A stretch of DNA of 64,000 nt from assembly GCA_905616605.1 (NCBI GenBank), contig CAJQSY010000014.1, positions 10,543 through 74,542 on the forward strand. The letters run 5' to 3'. The translations under genes and the position numbers were made by a program. Numbering within the stretch: position 1 is the first letter of the stretch; the number at the start of each line of letters is the position of its first letter. This stretch comes from an uncultured Candidatus Pelagibacter sp. Lineage in GTDB: Bacteria > Pseudomonadota > Alphaproteobacteria > Pelagibacterales > Pelagibacteraceae. Below the pieces are notes generated by a model. The model did no database searches and was not told where the DNA came from. It saw only the letters and a list, made by a program, of their open reading frames with translations. Positions 1 through 9,681 of the stretch are shown piece by piece.

Positions 1-325
1 ACTTAGGAGTTTTTCTATCTCTCAAAGAAATAGAGATCATTTCATTATTTATAGCAACTCTAAGAAGGTGATTATAAGATTTGGTTTTATCAATATTTAA
101 TTTAATCAACTTAAGAATATCTTTTTTAATATTTACTTTATCTAATTTATAAATTTTTAATGATTTAATTAAATTTTTAATATGTTCTTTAAAAAAAATA
201 ATTTTAGTTGGTTTACCTAAAATCCTCATTGTAGTGAACACACCTTTGTCACCCCAAAGATCTTTAAAATTAATTTCTTTGAGTGTTTTATGCTGATAGG
301 ATTTTTTTAATAAGTAAGTTACCAT
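1..325 (-). CDS. pabC: Class IV aminotransferase / aminodeoxychorismate lyase (PabC-like), runs off the window edge
   Basis: Manual translation from ATG at 325: MVTYLLKKSYQHKTLKEINFKDLWGDKGVFTTMRILGKPTKIIFFKEHIKNLIKSL. The GxFxTMR...H..xL..S pattern fits class IV PLP enzymes. Overlaps the pabA stop. Confidence 0.65.
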   Translation of the reverse strand, partial: MVTYLLKKSYQHKTLKEINFKDLWGDKGVFTTMRILGKPTKIIFFKEHIKNLIKSLKIYKLDKVNIKKDILKLIKLNIDKTKSYNHLLRVAINNEMISISLRDRKTPK

Positions 326-845
326 TTTCAGTTAAAAAAGATTCTGGATGAAATTGAAATCCATATATCTTGTCTATATTGTTTTCTATTGCCATTGCAG
401 TATGTGAAATATCACACCTCATGGTAATTTCAAAATTTTTTGCAGCAAACGGTTCTTGCAATTTAAGTGAGTGATACCTACCCACTGTGAACTTTTGATT
501 TTTTTTAAATAATGAATTATTACCAGTAACTTTAATTTTTGATTGATATCCATGATAAATCTTATTTTGCTGGACAATCTTACCTCTTTCACAGTATAAA
601 ATTTGTTGGAAACCAAGACAAATTCCAATAATCTTTTTTTTTCCCTTAAGTTCCTTATAAATCTTTGAGGTATTGGGGTAGTCTTTTGGTGACCCTGGGC
701 CTGGTGAAAAGACAACTACCTTAGCTTTATTAAGCTTACTCTGTTTGATATCATTAAAGTTATCACAATAAACATCATCAAAATTTTCGAATTGATGCAC
801 TACGTTATGAGTGAATGAGTCTTTATGATCAATAATATAAATCAT
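288..845 (-). CDS. pabA: Aminodeoxychorismate/anthranilate synthase component II (glutamine amidotransferase)
   Basis: IDHKDSFT N-terminus, SPGPGSP, GICLG nucleophile, RYHSL and QFHPES motifs. Confidence 0.85.
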   Translation of the reverse strand: MIYIIDHKDSFTHNVVHQFENFDDVYCDNFNDIKQSKLNKAKVVVFSPGPGSPKDYPNTSKIYKELKGKKKIIGICLGFQQILYCERGKIVQQNKIYHGYQSKIKVTGNNSLFKKNQKFTVGRYHSLKLQEPFAAKNFEITMRCDISHTAMAIENNIDKIYGFQFHPESFLTENGNLLIKKILSA

Positions 846-2005
846 TTATAAAGATCCATTAATGCTTTGGCTTTAATATAATTTTCGTTGAACTCGTGTT
901 TTGCATTGCTATCTATCACAACACCAGATGCAACTGAAATTTCTGAATAATTTTGATAATTTAAAACAGACCTAATAATAATATTAAACCTCATATCTCC
1001 ATTAAAATTAATATATCCAAAGCTTCCAGTATAAATATTTCTTCCTTCTTTTTCTTGAGTGTTAAGGAGGTTAAGCGTACTGATTTTAGGGCAACCAATG
1101 ACAGAACCACCAGGCATCATTGCCTTAATAATGTCTAATGATGAGACTTTTTTCTTCAGTTTGCCACCTATCAAGCTTACATAGTGATAGAGATCTCTAT
1201 ACTCTTCAACTGTTTTCTTTTTGATAATTTTTACAGAACCTGGTCTACAAACTTTTGATAAGTCACTTCTTTCCATGTCAACTATCATATTATGTTCTTT
1301 AGTTTCTTTAATATTTTTTTTGAAAAATGATAACGCTTTAGTTTTGTTTAGTTTTTTAGTTTTTTTTAAAGTGCCTGCTATGGGCTTTGTTGTTATGAAA
1401 TTATTTTTTTTTGTTATCAAATTTTCAGGTGAGCAACTTATTATTGAGTAGTTTTTATCTTTAATCATAAAAGCTTCTGGAGCTATATTGGTTTTTGTAA
1501 GTCTACAAAAAAAGTCTAGAGCATCTATTTGTGTAGCATTTTTATATTTTGTACAAATCTTTATTTGATATGTTTCACCAGATTTAATTTTTTTCTTAAA
1601 TTTATTAAAAATATTTGAATAAGAATCTTCGTTTAAATTAACTTTAAAATTCTTATTAAATTTTATTGGTTTTATTGGTTTATAATTAAGCCTGGTAGGA
1701 AGTTTTATTCTTTTTTCTGGTTTATAAAATATTCCTTTAGGAAATTTTAAAGAATTTTGCTTCTTAATCTTAACTCCTATTAAATTATTTAAAATTTCAT
1801 ATCCAAAAAAACCTATAAATAAATCAGTATCCTTTCTTTTAGATTTATTTTTACTCACATTGTTGATAAAATTTTGAATATTTTTATTTGTTAAAATGAT
1901 TTTTTTTGAAAAATTTGTAAAAAGGTCAAAGCCTTTATCTGATTTATAAATAATAAAAGGTTTTTTTGATTCGGTTATTTCTTTTAAATGATCTAATTTA
2001 GTCAA
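842..2005 (-). CDS. pabB: Chorismate-binding enzyme, aminodeoxychorismate synthase component I (PabB/TrpE family)
   Basis: SPE, PIAGT, KEHNMIVDMERSDL, PGGSVIGCPK and YTGSFG motifs; TTG start; adjacent to pabA/pabC. Confidence 0.8.
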   Translation of the reverse strand: MTKLDHLKEITESKKPFIIYKSDKGFDLFTNFSKKIILTNKNIQNFINNVSKNKSKRKDTDLFIGFFGYEILNNLIGVKIKKQNSLKFPKGIFYKPEKRIKLPTRLNYKPIKPIKFNKNFKVNLNEDSYSNIFNKFKKKIKSGETYQIKICTKYKNATQIDALDFFCRLTKTNIAPEAFMIKDKNYSIISCSPENLITKKNNFITTKPIAGTLKKTKKLNKTKALSFFKKNIKETKEHNMIVDMERSDLSKVCRPGSVKIIKKKTVEEYRDLYHYVSLIGGKLKKKVSSLDIIKAMMPGGSVIGCPKISTLNLLNTQEKEGRNIYTGSFGYINFNGDMRFNIIIRSVLNYQNYSEISVASGVVIDSNAKHEFNENYIKAKALMDLYK

Positions 2006-2009
2006 TTTT

Positions 2010-3230
2010 TTAAACTGTTTGTAATCGTTTAACTTTTTTTTCGATTATTGGTAAATGTATCAAACCAGCAAAAATTGATAATGCGATAGAAACGTACCAT
2101 GCATAATCATAAGATCCATAAACCTCTTTAAATACACCACCAAGATAGGCACCAAAAAATGAACCTACTTGGTGACTTAAAAAAACAATTCCATAGAGTA
2201 AGCCCATATATTTTGTTCCAAATATAGAGGAAACTATTCCTGCAGTTGGCGGTACTGTTGCCAACCATAAGAAACCAAAAGTAACTCCAAATAATACCGC
2301 TAAAGTTGGACTAGGTGGGAGAAATATAAATAATGCTATTACAACCCCTCTCATTAAATATATGGAACTAAGAATTAATTTCTTTGGAAACTTGATTGAA
2401 AGATATCCCGATGTAAGTGTTCCAAAAATATTAAATAAACCAATCATTGATAAAAGTGTTGCTGCATACCAATCTGGTAAGCCTCTATCATTTAAATAAG
2501 CAGGGATATGGGTTGCAATTAAAGTTATATGCCAACCACATACAAAGAAACCTAATGTCAGATAAATGAAACTCTTATTTTTAAAAGCTTCTTTAATTGC
2601 TTCCCCTGCTGTTTGTTTGTCTTCAATTATTCCACCAACCACATTTTTAGGTGTAGTTAATAAAAAAGCTAAAAATAAACCAACAACAAGAAAAATAGAA
2701 AAAAATAATAAAGTATTTGACCAGCCATATTCAGCTAAAGACATTCTAGTAAATAATGGAGAGACAAAATACCCAAATGAACCAGCTGCTGTAACTATTC
2801 CAGTTGCTATTGTTCTATTAGACGATGGAAAATGTTTTGATACTACAGATACTGGAATACTAACAGCAGTAGCTCCAAGACCAATGCCGATTAAAATTCC
2901 CATATTTATAATAAAATAAAAATCTTTATTAAAGCCAGAATACAAAAGTATAATACCCAAGAGATAAAATATAAAACCTATAAATACAGCAATATGACCA
3001 CCATACTTATCAGTAACAATTCCAAACAATGGACCAAATAAGCCCCACATAAACATTTGCAACCCTATTGCAAAACTAAATTGTCTTAATGTAATTCCTA
3101 AATCTAACTCGAAATCTAAATAAAACATTCCAAAAGTTTGTCTTATACCAAGAGATATAATTACAATTAAGCAGGCTGTAATTAACGTTACTAATGTTGA
3201 TTTATTTTTGATGAATTTTTCAGAGCTCAT
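2010..3230 (-). CDS. MFS transporter
   Basis: About 12 hydrophobic segments, G...DKYG motif-A-like loop. Confidence 0.85.
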   Translation of the reverse strand: MSSEKFIKNKSTLVTLITACLIVIISLGIRQTFGMFYLDFELDLGITLRQFSFAIGLQMFMWGLFGPLFGIVTDKYGGHIAVFIGFIFYLLGIILLYSGFNKDFYFIINMGILIGIGLGATAVSIPVSVVSKHFPSSNRTIATGIVTAAGSFGYFVSPLFTRMSLAEYGWSNTLLFFSIFLVVGLFLAFLLTTPKNVVGGIIEDKQTAGEAIKEAFKNKSFIYLTLGFFVCGWHITLIATHIPAYLNDRGLPDWYAATLLSMIGLFNIFGTLTSGYLSIKFPKKLILSSIYLMRGVVIALFIFLPPSPTLAVLFGVTFGFLWLATVPPTAGIVSSIFGTKYMGLLYGIVFLSHQVGSFFGAYLGGVFKEVYGSYDYAWYVSIALSIFAGLIHLPIIEKKVKRLQTV

Positions 3231-4402
3231 TTGATAAATTTAAGGGATTTCCTTAAATCTTCAATCAAATCCTTAGGATCTTCTAAACCTATATGTAATC
3301 TTACAAGGTGCTCATCTTTAGGTAATTTTAAAAATTGTCGGTTTCCTTGTTCTCTTTTATCTTGATACAAAGCTAAACTTTCAAATCCTCCCCAACTATA
3401 TCCGTAGCCAAATAATTTTAAAGAGTTAACAAATTTAATTACAGAATTTTTATTTTTTGATTTTATCTTAAGACCCATTAGGCCTGATGAACCAGAATAA
3501 TACTTTTTCCACATCCTGAAATTAAATGAATCTTTTTTATGTGGATATAAAAGTTTTATATTTTTATAATTAGATAAAAATTCAGCTACTGCTTTTGAAC
3601 TCTTCTCATGTTTGTCTAATCGAACATCAAGAGTTCTTAACCCTCGTGTTATTAAGTAAGCATCATCTGGACCTAGTCTTAAACCAGTGATCTTATTTGT
3701 CTTATCAACATCTTTAAAAACTTTTTTATTAACAGCAAGGCTACCACCCATAACATCTGAATGTCCTGAATAATATTTAGTTGCAGATACAATTGACATA
3801 TCAAAACCCAATGGAATTGGTTTAAGAAAATATGGAGTACCCCAAGTATTATCTATAGCAGAATAAATTTTATTCTTTTTAGCAATAGAAATTATTTTAC
3901 CCAAATCCTGAAATTCAAATGAATTACTCCCAGGGTTTTCAACAAATATTAATTTTGTTTTTTTTGTAATGTTTTTTTCTAAAGTTTTTAAATCATGAGG
4001 ATTATAAAAAGTTGTTTTAATATTAAACTCTTTTAAAAAATCCTGTGTTAATAGTCTTGTTGGTGAATATGTTGGATCAGCAACAATAATTTCATCTCCT
4101 GGTCTAACAATACTAAAAATTGCTAAAAAAACAGAACCAAACCCAGTTGGGGTTAGGAATACATGGTAACATTCTTCCATTTCTTTCAATATTTTTGAAA
4201 GAATATGAGTTGTAGAGGTGCCTTGCCTTCCATAGTCAAAATGACCACCTGTTGGGTCTTTTTTGGCTTTATCCTGCATTTTCCTGATATCCTGCATAGA
4301 TTTGAAAATAATAGTCGACGCTCTTACTACAGGAGGGTTAACTGACTGATTATGGTAATCTTTTGCTGTATGTTTAAGAAAAGTCTTAAATGATTTGGTC
4401 AT
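3227..4402 (-). CDS. metC: Cystathionine beta-lyase
   Basis: VNPPVVRASTI, YGRQGT, SATKYYSGHSD PLP-lysine, GYSWGGFESL and RLHIGLED motifs. Confidence 0.9.
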   Translation of the reverse strand: MTKSFKTFLKHTAKDYHNQSVNPPVVRASTIIFKSMQDIRKMQDKAKKDPTGGHFDYGRQGTSTTHILSKILKEMEECYHVFLTPTGFGSVFLAIFSIVRPGDEIIVADPTYSPTRLLTQDFLKEFNIKTTFYNPHDLKTLEKNITKKTKLIFVENPGSNSFEFQDLGKIISIAKKNKIYSAIDNTWGTPYFLKPIPLGFDMSIVSATKYYSGHSDVMGGSLAVNKKVFKDVDKTNKITGLRLGPDDAYLITRGLRTLDVRLDKHEKSSKAVAEFLSNYKNIKLLYPHKKDSFNFRMWKKYYSGSSGLMGLKIKSKNKNSVIKFVNSLKLFGYGYSWGGFESLALYQDKREQGNRQFLKLPKDEHLVRLHIGLEDPKDLIEDLRKSLKFIK

Positions 4403-4473
4403 AAAAAATTTGATAAGTTGTTACTAGGATGCTATATCCTCGGTTGAACGTCAATAAAATTATACAGGAAAAC

Positions 4474-4557
4474 ATGGGTTACCCAAAAAAACATAGAGGT
4501 CGAAGAAAACAGGGCTCAAAAAAAAGAAGAGCTAAGAGAAAAGCTAAGAACAAATAA
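4474..4557 (+). CDS. Unannotated 27-aa highly basic peptide MGYPKKHRGRRKQGSKKRRAKRKAKNK (possible small ribosomal or nucleic-acid-binding protein)
   Basis: Fills the metC-mnmA gap. AGGA RBS before the ATG. Candidate promoter TTGATA(4410)-17 nt-TATATC(4433) with extended TG. Confidence 0.65.
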   Translation: MGYPKKHRGRRKQGSKKRRAKRKAKNK

Positions 4558-4593
4558 TATCTTAATAATTTTCTCTAGTATTATCAAATCCTA

Positions 4594-5715
4594 CTAAATA
4601 TCATTTTTAATCCAACCACCACCAAGGACTTTATATCCATTAATGTTTTTTGAGTAAAAAACACACGCTTGTCCTGGAGCTATTCCATGCTCTTCTTCTA
4701 ACAGATTAACGTTCGCTGAAGTATTTGTGATATCTATTTTAGCTTTAATCAATCTTCCAGTAGACCTTACTTTTACAAATAATTCCTTTTGAAAATCATT
4801 TTGATCATTTGTAATAATATTTAAATCCTTTAAATTTATTTTTGTTTTAACAAGGTGTTCTTTAACACCAACAATAATTTCATTTTTATCTGCAATAATC
4901 TTTACGACATACAATGGATTCTTATCAGAAACTCCAATTCCTTTTCTTTGACCAATTGTATAATTGATAATGCCGTCATGAACACCTATCACTTCGCCAT
5001 TCATATTTTTAATGTTACCTTTACTAAAAGAGTTTGGTCTAAACTTTTCTATAACTGAAGCGTAGTCTCCATTTGGAACAAAGCAAATATCTTGACTATC
5101 AGGTTTATCTGCAACATTAAGATCGAGCTCTCTTGCAATATTTCTAGTTTCATCTTTAAGAAGATTGCCCAAAGGAAATCTTAAAAAATTTAACTGATCT
5201 TTTGTAGTATTAAATAAAAAATAACTTTGATCTCTATTTAAATCAATGCCTCTATACATATCTGTATTATCTCTTTCAGTAATACTTTTAACGTAATGTC
5301 CTGTTACTAAGGCATCAGCATTGAGTCTTTTTGATTCTTCAAATAAATCTGTAAATTTAACTGTCTTATTACATTGCACACATGGTATGGGTGTTTCTCC
5401 ATTTAAATAACTATCTATAAAATTATCAATAACCCCTTCTTTAAATTTATTTTGATAATATAAAATTTTATGTTCTATCTTTAATTTATCAGCTACTCTT
5501 TTGGCATCCATGATATCTTGGCCTGCACAACATTGTTTTGTAGAAGCTGTCTCTTTGTTATCATTATAAAGTTTTAAAGTTATACCAATGACATTGTATC
5601 CCTCATTTTTCATCATAGCTGCAACTGTTGAAGAATCCACACCTCCTGACATTGCAACAACAACTAGGGTATCTTTTGGTTCTTTAGCTATTCCAATAGA
5701 ATTCAATTTTGTCAT
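4594..5715 (-). CDS. mnmA: tRNA-specific 2-thiouridylase MnmA
   Basis: [43 protein letters not shown] and APGQACVFY motifs. Confidence 0.95.
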   Translation of the reverse strand: MTKLNSIGIAKEPKDTLVVVAMSGGVDSSTVAAMMKNEGYNVIGITLKLYNDNKETASTKQCCAGQDIMDAKRVADKLKIEHKILYYQNKFKEGVIDNFIDSYLNGETPIPCVQCNKTVKFTDLFEESKRLNADALVTGHYVKSITERDNTDMYRGIDLNRDQSYFLFNTTKDQLNFLRFPLGNLLKDETRNIARELDLNVADKPDSQDICFVPNGDYASVIEKFRPNSFSKGNIKNMNGEVIGVHDGIINYTIGQRKGIGVSDKNPLYVVKIIADKNEIIVGVKEHLVKTKINLKDLNIITNDQNDFQKELFVKVRSTGRLIKAKIDITNTSANVNLLEEEHGIAPGQACVFYSKNINGYKVLGGGWIKNDI

Positions 5716-5756
5716 ATTTAATGATATTTATTAGTATATTAACTATAAGTAAATTA

Positions 5757-5927
5757 ATGATTTTAGATTATGAACCAGGCGACAAAGTTACTAACCCTAA
5801 TAACAAAGATTGGGGAACTGGACAAGTTCAATCAATAATTAATGGTAAAGTTACTGTAAATTTTGAAAATGTTGGAAAAAAGGTTATTAATTCAAAAATA
5901 ATTCAATTAGAAAAATTATACAAATGA
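5757..5927 (+). CDS. DUF3553-like small SH3-fold protein
   Basis: PGDKV..P...WGxGQVQS...VTVNFENVGKKVI pattern. ATG 5757 preferred because the 5709 start overlaps mnmA. Confidence 0.75.
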   Translation: MILDYEPGDKVTNPNNKDWGTGQVQSIINGKVTVNFENVGKKVINSKIIQLEKLYK

Positions 5928-6694
5928 ACCTTGAAGAAAAAAAGAAAATTACCCTTTCGCTTATAGAAACTTTTAATAAAGCAAGTCAGGTAGCTTTAGA
6001 TTTAAGAGAGCTTGGTTTAAAAAAAGAAATTAAGTCTGACAATACCCCTGTGAGTAATGGTGATATTGAAGTAAATAAAATTTTAACCAGTAAGATTCAA
6101 GAGATAACACCAAATATTGCCATTGTTTCAGAAGAGAGTGCAAATCACAAGATGGATACTGATTTAAATAATTTTTGGTTAATCGATCCAATTGATGGCA
6201 CTAGAGATTATATCAATAACCGTGATGAGTTTACTTTAAATGCAGCATTAATATTAGATAAAAGACCTGCTATTGGGATCATAACAGTTCCTGCTAAGGA
6301 AAGAGTTTTTTACTCTTACGGCCCATCTCACAGTTATGAATTAATTAACAACCAAGAAATTTCATTAATTAATAAAGAAAAAAACTATGATGGACATACA
6401 GCAGTAAGTTATTCAAAGGACCTTAAACCTGAAATTTTAGAAATTCACAAAAAATATAAGATAAGTTCTTTTCAAAAGATGAAAAGCTCACTAAAATTTT
6501 GTGTTATTGCTGCAGGTGAATTTGATATGTATGTTGCTGAGCCAAGGGCTTGTGAATGGGATATTGCAGCTGGTCATGCAATCCTTGAGCACTCAGGAGG
6601 CAAAGTAACTGATTTTAATTACAATGAAATACTCTATGGAAAATCTGAATTTAAAAACCCAAGTTTAATTTTAAAAAGCAAAAATATATTATAA
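5924..6694 (+). CDS. cysQ: 3'(2'),5'-bisphosphate nucleotidase CysQ
   Basis: KSDNTPV, SEE, WLIDPIDGT, SSLKFC and EWDIAAGHA motifs. Confidence 0.9.
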   Translation: MNLEEKKKITLSLIETFNKASQVALDLRELGLKKEIKSDNTPVSNGDIEVNKILTSKIQEITPNIAIVSEESANHKMDTDLNNFWLIDPIDGTRDYINNRDEFTLNAALILDKRPAIGIITVPAKERVFYSYGPSHSYELINNQEISLINKEKNYDGHTAVSYSKDLKPEILEIHKKYKISSFQKMKSSLKFCVIAAGEFDMYVAEPRACEWDIAAGHAILEHSGGKVTDFNYNEILYGKSEFKNPSLILKSKNIL

Positions 6695-6834
6695 TGGATG
6701 AGCAATTAAGAATAATTTTGATAATTATAGTGTCTGTTTCCATTTTTGGCTTATTAGTTTTTGTATTTGTTAAAAATGTTATTAGACATAGAATTAAGTC
6801 TCTTGTTGAAGAGGAAGAAAAGAAATTAAAGTAA
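6694..6834 (+). CDS. 46-aa single-pass membrane peptide, absent from the ORF track
   Basis: TAATG coupling to the cysQ stop. MDEQLRIILIIIVSVSIFGLLVFVFVKNVIRHRIKSLVEEEEKKLK: one TM helix plus a charged tail. Confidence 0.65.
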   Translation: MDEQLRIILIIIVSVSIFGLLVFVFVKNVIRHRIKSLVEEEEKKLK

Positions 6835-7380
6835 TCTAATTATTTTAATATAGTCAGCCTGGTCAATATCCATAATCCTTTTTGAAGTTTCAAAATCAAA
6901 GCCATTTCTTGCTAGTAAAGCAATATCCTTTTTGTAAAATAATACACGATTATCCTCTACCCTTGCTGGTCCAATTCTCTTTTTTTTACAAATTTTTATT
7001 CCTGAAAAAAAATCTTGATCTGAGTTATCTTCTTTAATTTTATCTATAGTTTCTTTAATGTAACGATCGTTAATTCCCTTAGTCATTAAATAGTTTCTAA
7101 TTTTATTAACTGAACTACCTCTTTGAATTAAGCTTCTTGATTTACTTTCAGAATAGAATTTATCATTGATAAACTTAGTTTTTTCAAGATCTTGTAAAAC
7201 AACATCAATTAAATCAGTAATATCTTGTTTTTTAATATTTTCTAAATTAGCTTTTAGATACTTCTTTAATAGATAGGTTCTAAGCTGTTGTTTAGATGGG
7301 GCATATCTTTCAATATATGCAAATGAGAAATTTCTCATCTCCTCTACTGTAACTTGTAATGTTTTTTTTCTATTTCTCAT
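6826..7380 (-). CDS. recX: Regulatory protein RecX
   Basis: YIERYAPS...L..YL, IND..Y, RGSS..KI...L..KGI and LARNGF patterns of alphaproteobacterial RecX. Confidence 0.8.
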   Translation of the reverse strand: MRNRKKTLQVTVEEMRNFSFAYIERYAPSKQQLRTYLLKKYLKANLENIKKQDITDLIDVVLQDLEKTKFINDKFYSESKSRSLIQRGSSVNKIRNYLMTKGINDRYIKETIDKIKEDNSDQDFFSGIKICKKKRIGPARVEDNRVLFYKKDIALLARNGFDFETSKRIMDIDQADYIKIIRLL

Positions 7381-7416
7381 ATGAATCTCAATAGCTTATT
7401 GTATAGTACACTAAAA

Positions 7417-7890
7417 ATGATCGATCAAATCTATACATACTTTACAATTGAAATAATTTTTCTTTGGTTAAATCTAGGTGTATTACCTTTTTGGTTAATA
7501 TTAGTCTTCTTTCCACAGTCACAAATATGTAGAGTTTTTATTACTTCAATTTTTCCTTTTATTATTTTAAGTTTTGCCTACGGTTATTTAACTTATGTGC
7601 TGTTTAACGAAGGTTATGACTTTATTAAAAATTTTGAACTATATTTAGGCTTAGATTCAATTAGCTATTTATTTAACGATAAATCCTTCTTAATTTTATT
7701 TTGGACACATTTTCTGTCTATTAATTTATTTTGTGGAGGGTGGATTGTTAAAGACTCTCAAAAATTTGGCATAAATAAAATAATAATGTCTTTTCCAATA
7801 TTGGTAACTTATTTTATTGGCCCAATTGGACTTACTCTTTATTGGATTATAAGAATTTTTTACGCAAAAAGAATTAATCTATATGACTAA
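7417..7890 (+). CDS. ABA4-like (DUF4281) membrane protein
   Basis: VLPFW.L...P, WTHFL..NLF.G.W and GPIGL..Y motifs. Start 7417 preferred because 7381 abuts the recX start. Confidence 0.8.
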   Translation: MIDQIYTYFTIEIIFLWLNLGVLPFWLILVFFPQSQICRVFITSIFPFIILSFAYGYLTYVLFNEGYDFIKNFELYLGLDSISYLFNDKSFLILFWTHFLSINLFCGGWIVKDSQKFGINKIIMSFPILVTYFIGPIGLTLYWIIRIFYAKRINLYD

Positions 7891-8467
7891 AGAAATAGAC
7901 TTCTATTTTGATTTTATTAGTCCCTATACATATTTAGCTTACAAAAAAATTCAATCTTTACCAAAAGATATTAAGATAAATTATAAACCAATCTTATTAG
8001 GTGGTCTTCATAATCTAGAAGGAATAACAGCACCAGCATTTATTAAATCTAAATTAAAGCATATGATAAATGACTGCTTGTTAATTGCAAAAAAAAATAA
8101 TTTTGATTTTAAATGGAACTCTAAATTTCCTATAAACTCATTAGATATTATGCGTGGTTATTTTGATATTAATTCATCAAATAGAGACGAGTATATTAAA
8201 ATAATGTTTGATGCTTATTGGAGGGATGATCTAGATATTTCTGAAGAAGAAATTTTAATACCACTACTTAAACAATGCAAAATTGATAAAGATATTTTTT
8301 ATAAAACAATTAAAAATCCCACTATTAAAGAGATGTTAAAAGATGCCACTAAAAAAGCTCATGAAAAAGAAGTTTTTGGAGCACCCACTTTTATCGTTAA
8401 TAATAAAATATTTTGGGGGCAAGATCGATTGGAATTTGCCATAGATGAATATAGTAAAATGGATTAA
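7883..8467 (+). CDS. 2-hydroxychromene-2-carboxylate isomerase / DsbA family (GST-kappa) protein
   Basis: IDFYFDFISPYTYLA and VFGAPTF...FWGQDRL motifs. Confidence 0.85.
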   Translation: MTKEIDFYFDFISPYTYLAYKKIQSLPKDIKINYKPILLGGLHNLEGITAPAFIKSKLKHMINDCLLIAKKNNFDFKWNSKFPINSLDIMRGYFDINSSNRDEYIKIMFDAYWRDDLDISEEEILIPLLKQCKIDKDIFYKTIKNPTIKEMLKDATKKAHEKEVFGAPTFIVNNKIFWGQDRLEFAIDEYSKMD

Positions 8468-8847
8468 ACTATTTTAAAATCACTTTGACTAATTGCTGCA
8501 AAACCACCATCGATGTGAGAAACATTTTCAAAGCCCATTTCTTTTAATGATTTAGCTGCAAGTGCAGATCTTAATCCACCAGCACAAAATAAAATTATTT
8601 CTTTATTCATATCCAATTTTCCTTCTGTAAAATATGGACCTTTTGGATCCAACCAAAATTCTAACATTCCACGAGGAATATGGTTTGAGTTTTCTACTCT
8701 TCCCATCTTATCAAGCTCACCTTTTTCTCTAATATCAATTAAATTACACTTATCATTTATTGATAATTGGCGTGCTTCTTCGGCAGATATCGTTTTTACC
8801 TCCTCTAATGCTTGTGAAACTAACATTTGAGATGATTTAATATTCAT
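8464..8847 (-). CDS. Rhodanese-like domain protein
   Basis: IDIRE, PRGMLEFW, FCAGGLRSALA and IDGGF motifs. Confidence 0.85.
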   Translation of the reverse strand: MNIKSSQMLVSQALEEVKTISAEEARQLSINDKCNLIDIREKGELDKMGRVENSNHIPRGMLEFWLDPKGPYFTEGKLDMNKEIILFCAGGLRSALAAKSLKEMGFENVSHIDGGFAAISQSDFKIV

Positions 8848-8898
8848 TTATATATTAATATATAAAAATTAATTTAAATAAAGGTTTATTATAATTTT

Positions 8899-9681
8899 AT
8901 GTTACCAAATTTTTTAAAACCTTATCATATAGACGACCATAAGTTAGTTAGAGTTGGTCCAAAACTTGATGGTGGCTACGTTATTGATAAAAAGTCAATT
9001 TTAAATACTGAAGTAATTATTACCTGTGGTTTAAATGATGACTGGGAATTTGAAAAATCCTTTTTAAAGATAAATACCAAATGTGTAGTGGAAGCTTATG
9101 ACCATACAGTTGATAAAAGGTTTTGGGTAGAAAGATTCAAAAAAGATATTAAACATTTTTTTTTATTAAAAAAAATTAGGTTAAGAAAAATTATTCATAT
9201 TTTTAGATATTTGGATTATTTAAAATTTTTCAAAAATCTCAACAATCACCATATTCTTAAAATTGGAAGAGAAGATATTCTCAATAAAGAAGTCACCATT
9301 AACAAGATACTTAAAGCTCATCAAAATGTAATATTAAAAGTCGATATTGAAGGTGATGAATATAAAATACTTAATCAAATTTTGGATAATTCCAAAAAGA
9401 TTAATACCTTGATTATTGAATTTCACGATATTCACAAAGGTATAAATAGAATTGGAGACTTTATCAATAAATCTAAAGAACTTAAATTAATTCATATACA
9501 TGCTAATAATTTTGCGGGGTCAAATAAAGATGGAGATCCAAATGTTGTAGAATTAACTTTCATAAATATTAACAAAAATGAACTAAATTTAGTAAAAACA
9601 GATAAGTCTTTTCCTGTAAAGGGACTTGATTATAAAAATACACATAGAAAACAAGATTTTCTTTTAAAATTCAATGATTGA
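8899..9681 (+). CDS. FkbM/Methyltransf_22-like putative methyltransferase
   Basis: RVGPKLDGGY, G..DDWEFE, LKVDIEGDEY, IIEFH and HIHANN motifs. Confidence 0.65.
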   Translation: MLPNFLKPYHIDDHKLVRVGPKLDGGYVIDKKSILNTEVIITCGLNDDWEFEKSFLKINTKCVVEAYDHTVDKRFWVERFKKDIKHFFLLKKIRLRKIIHIFRYLDYLKFFKNLNNHHILKIGREDILNKEVTINKILKAHQNVILKVDIEGDEYKILNQILDNSKKINTLIIEFHDIHKGINRIGDFINKSKELKLIHIHANNFAGSNKDGDPNVVELTFININKNELNLVKTDKSFPVKGLDYKNTHRKQDFLLKFND

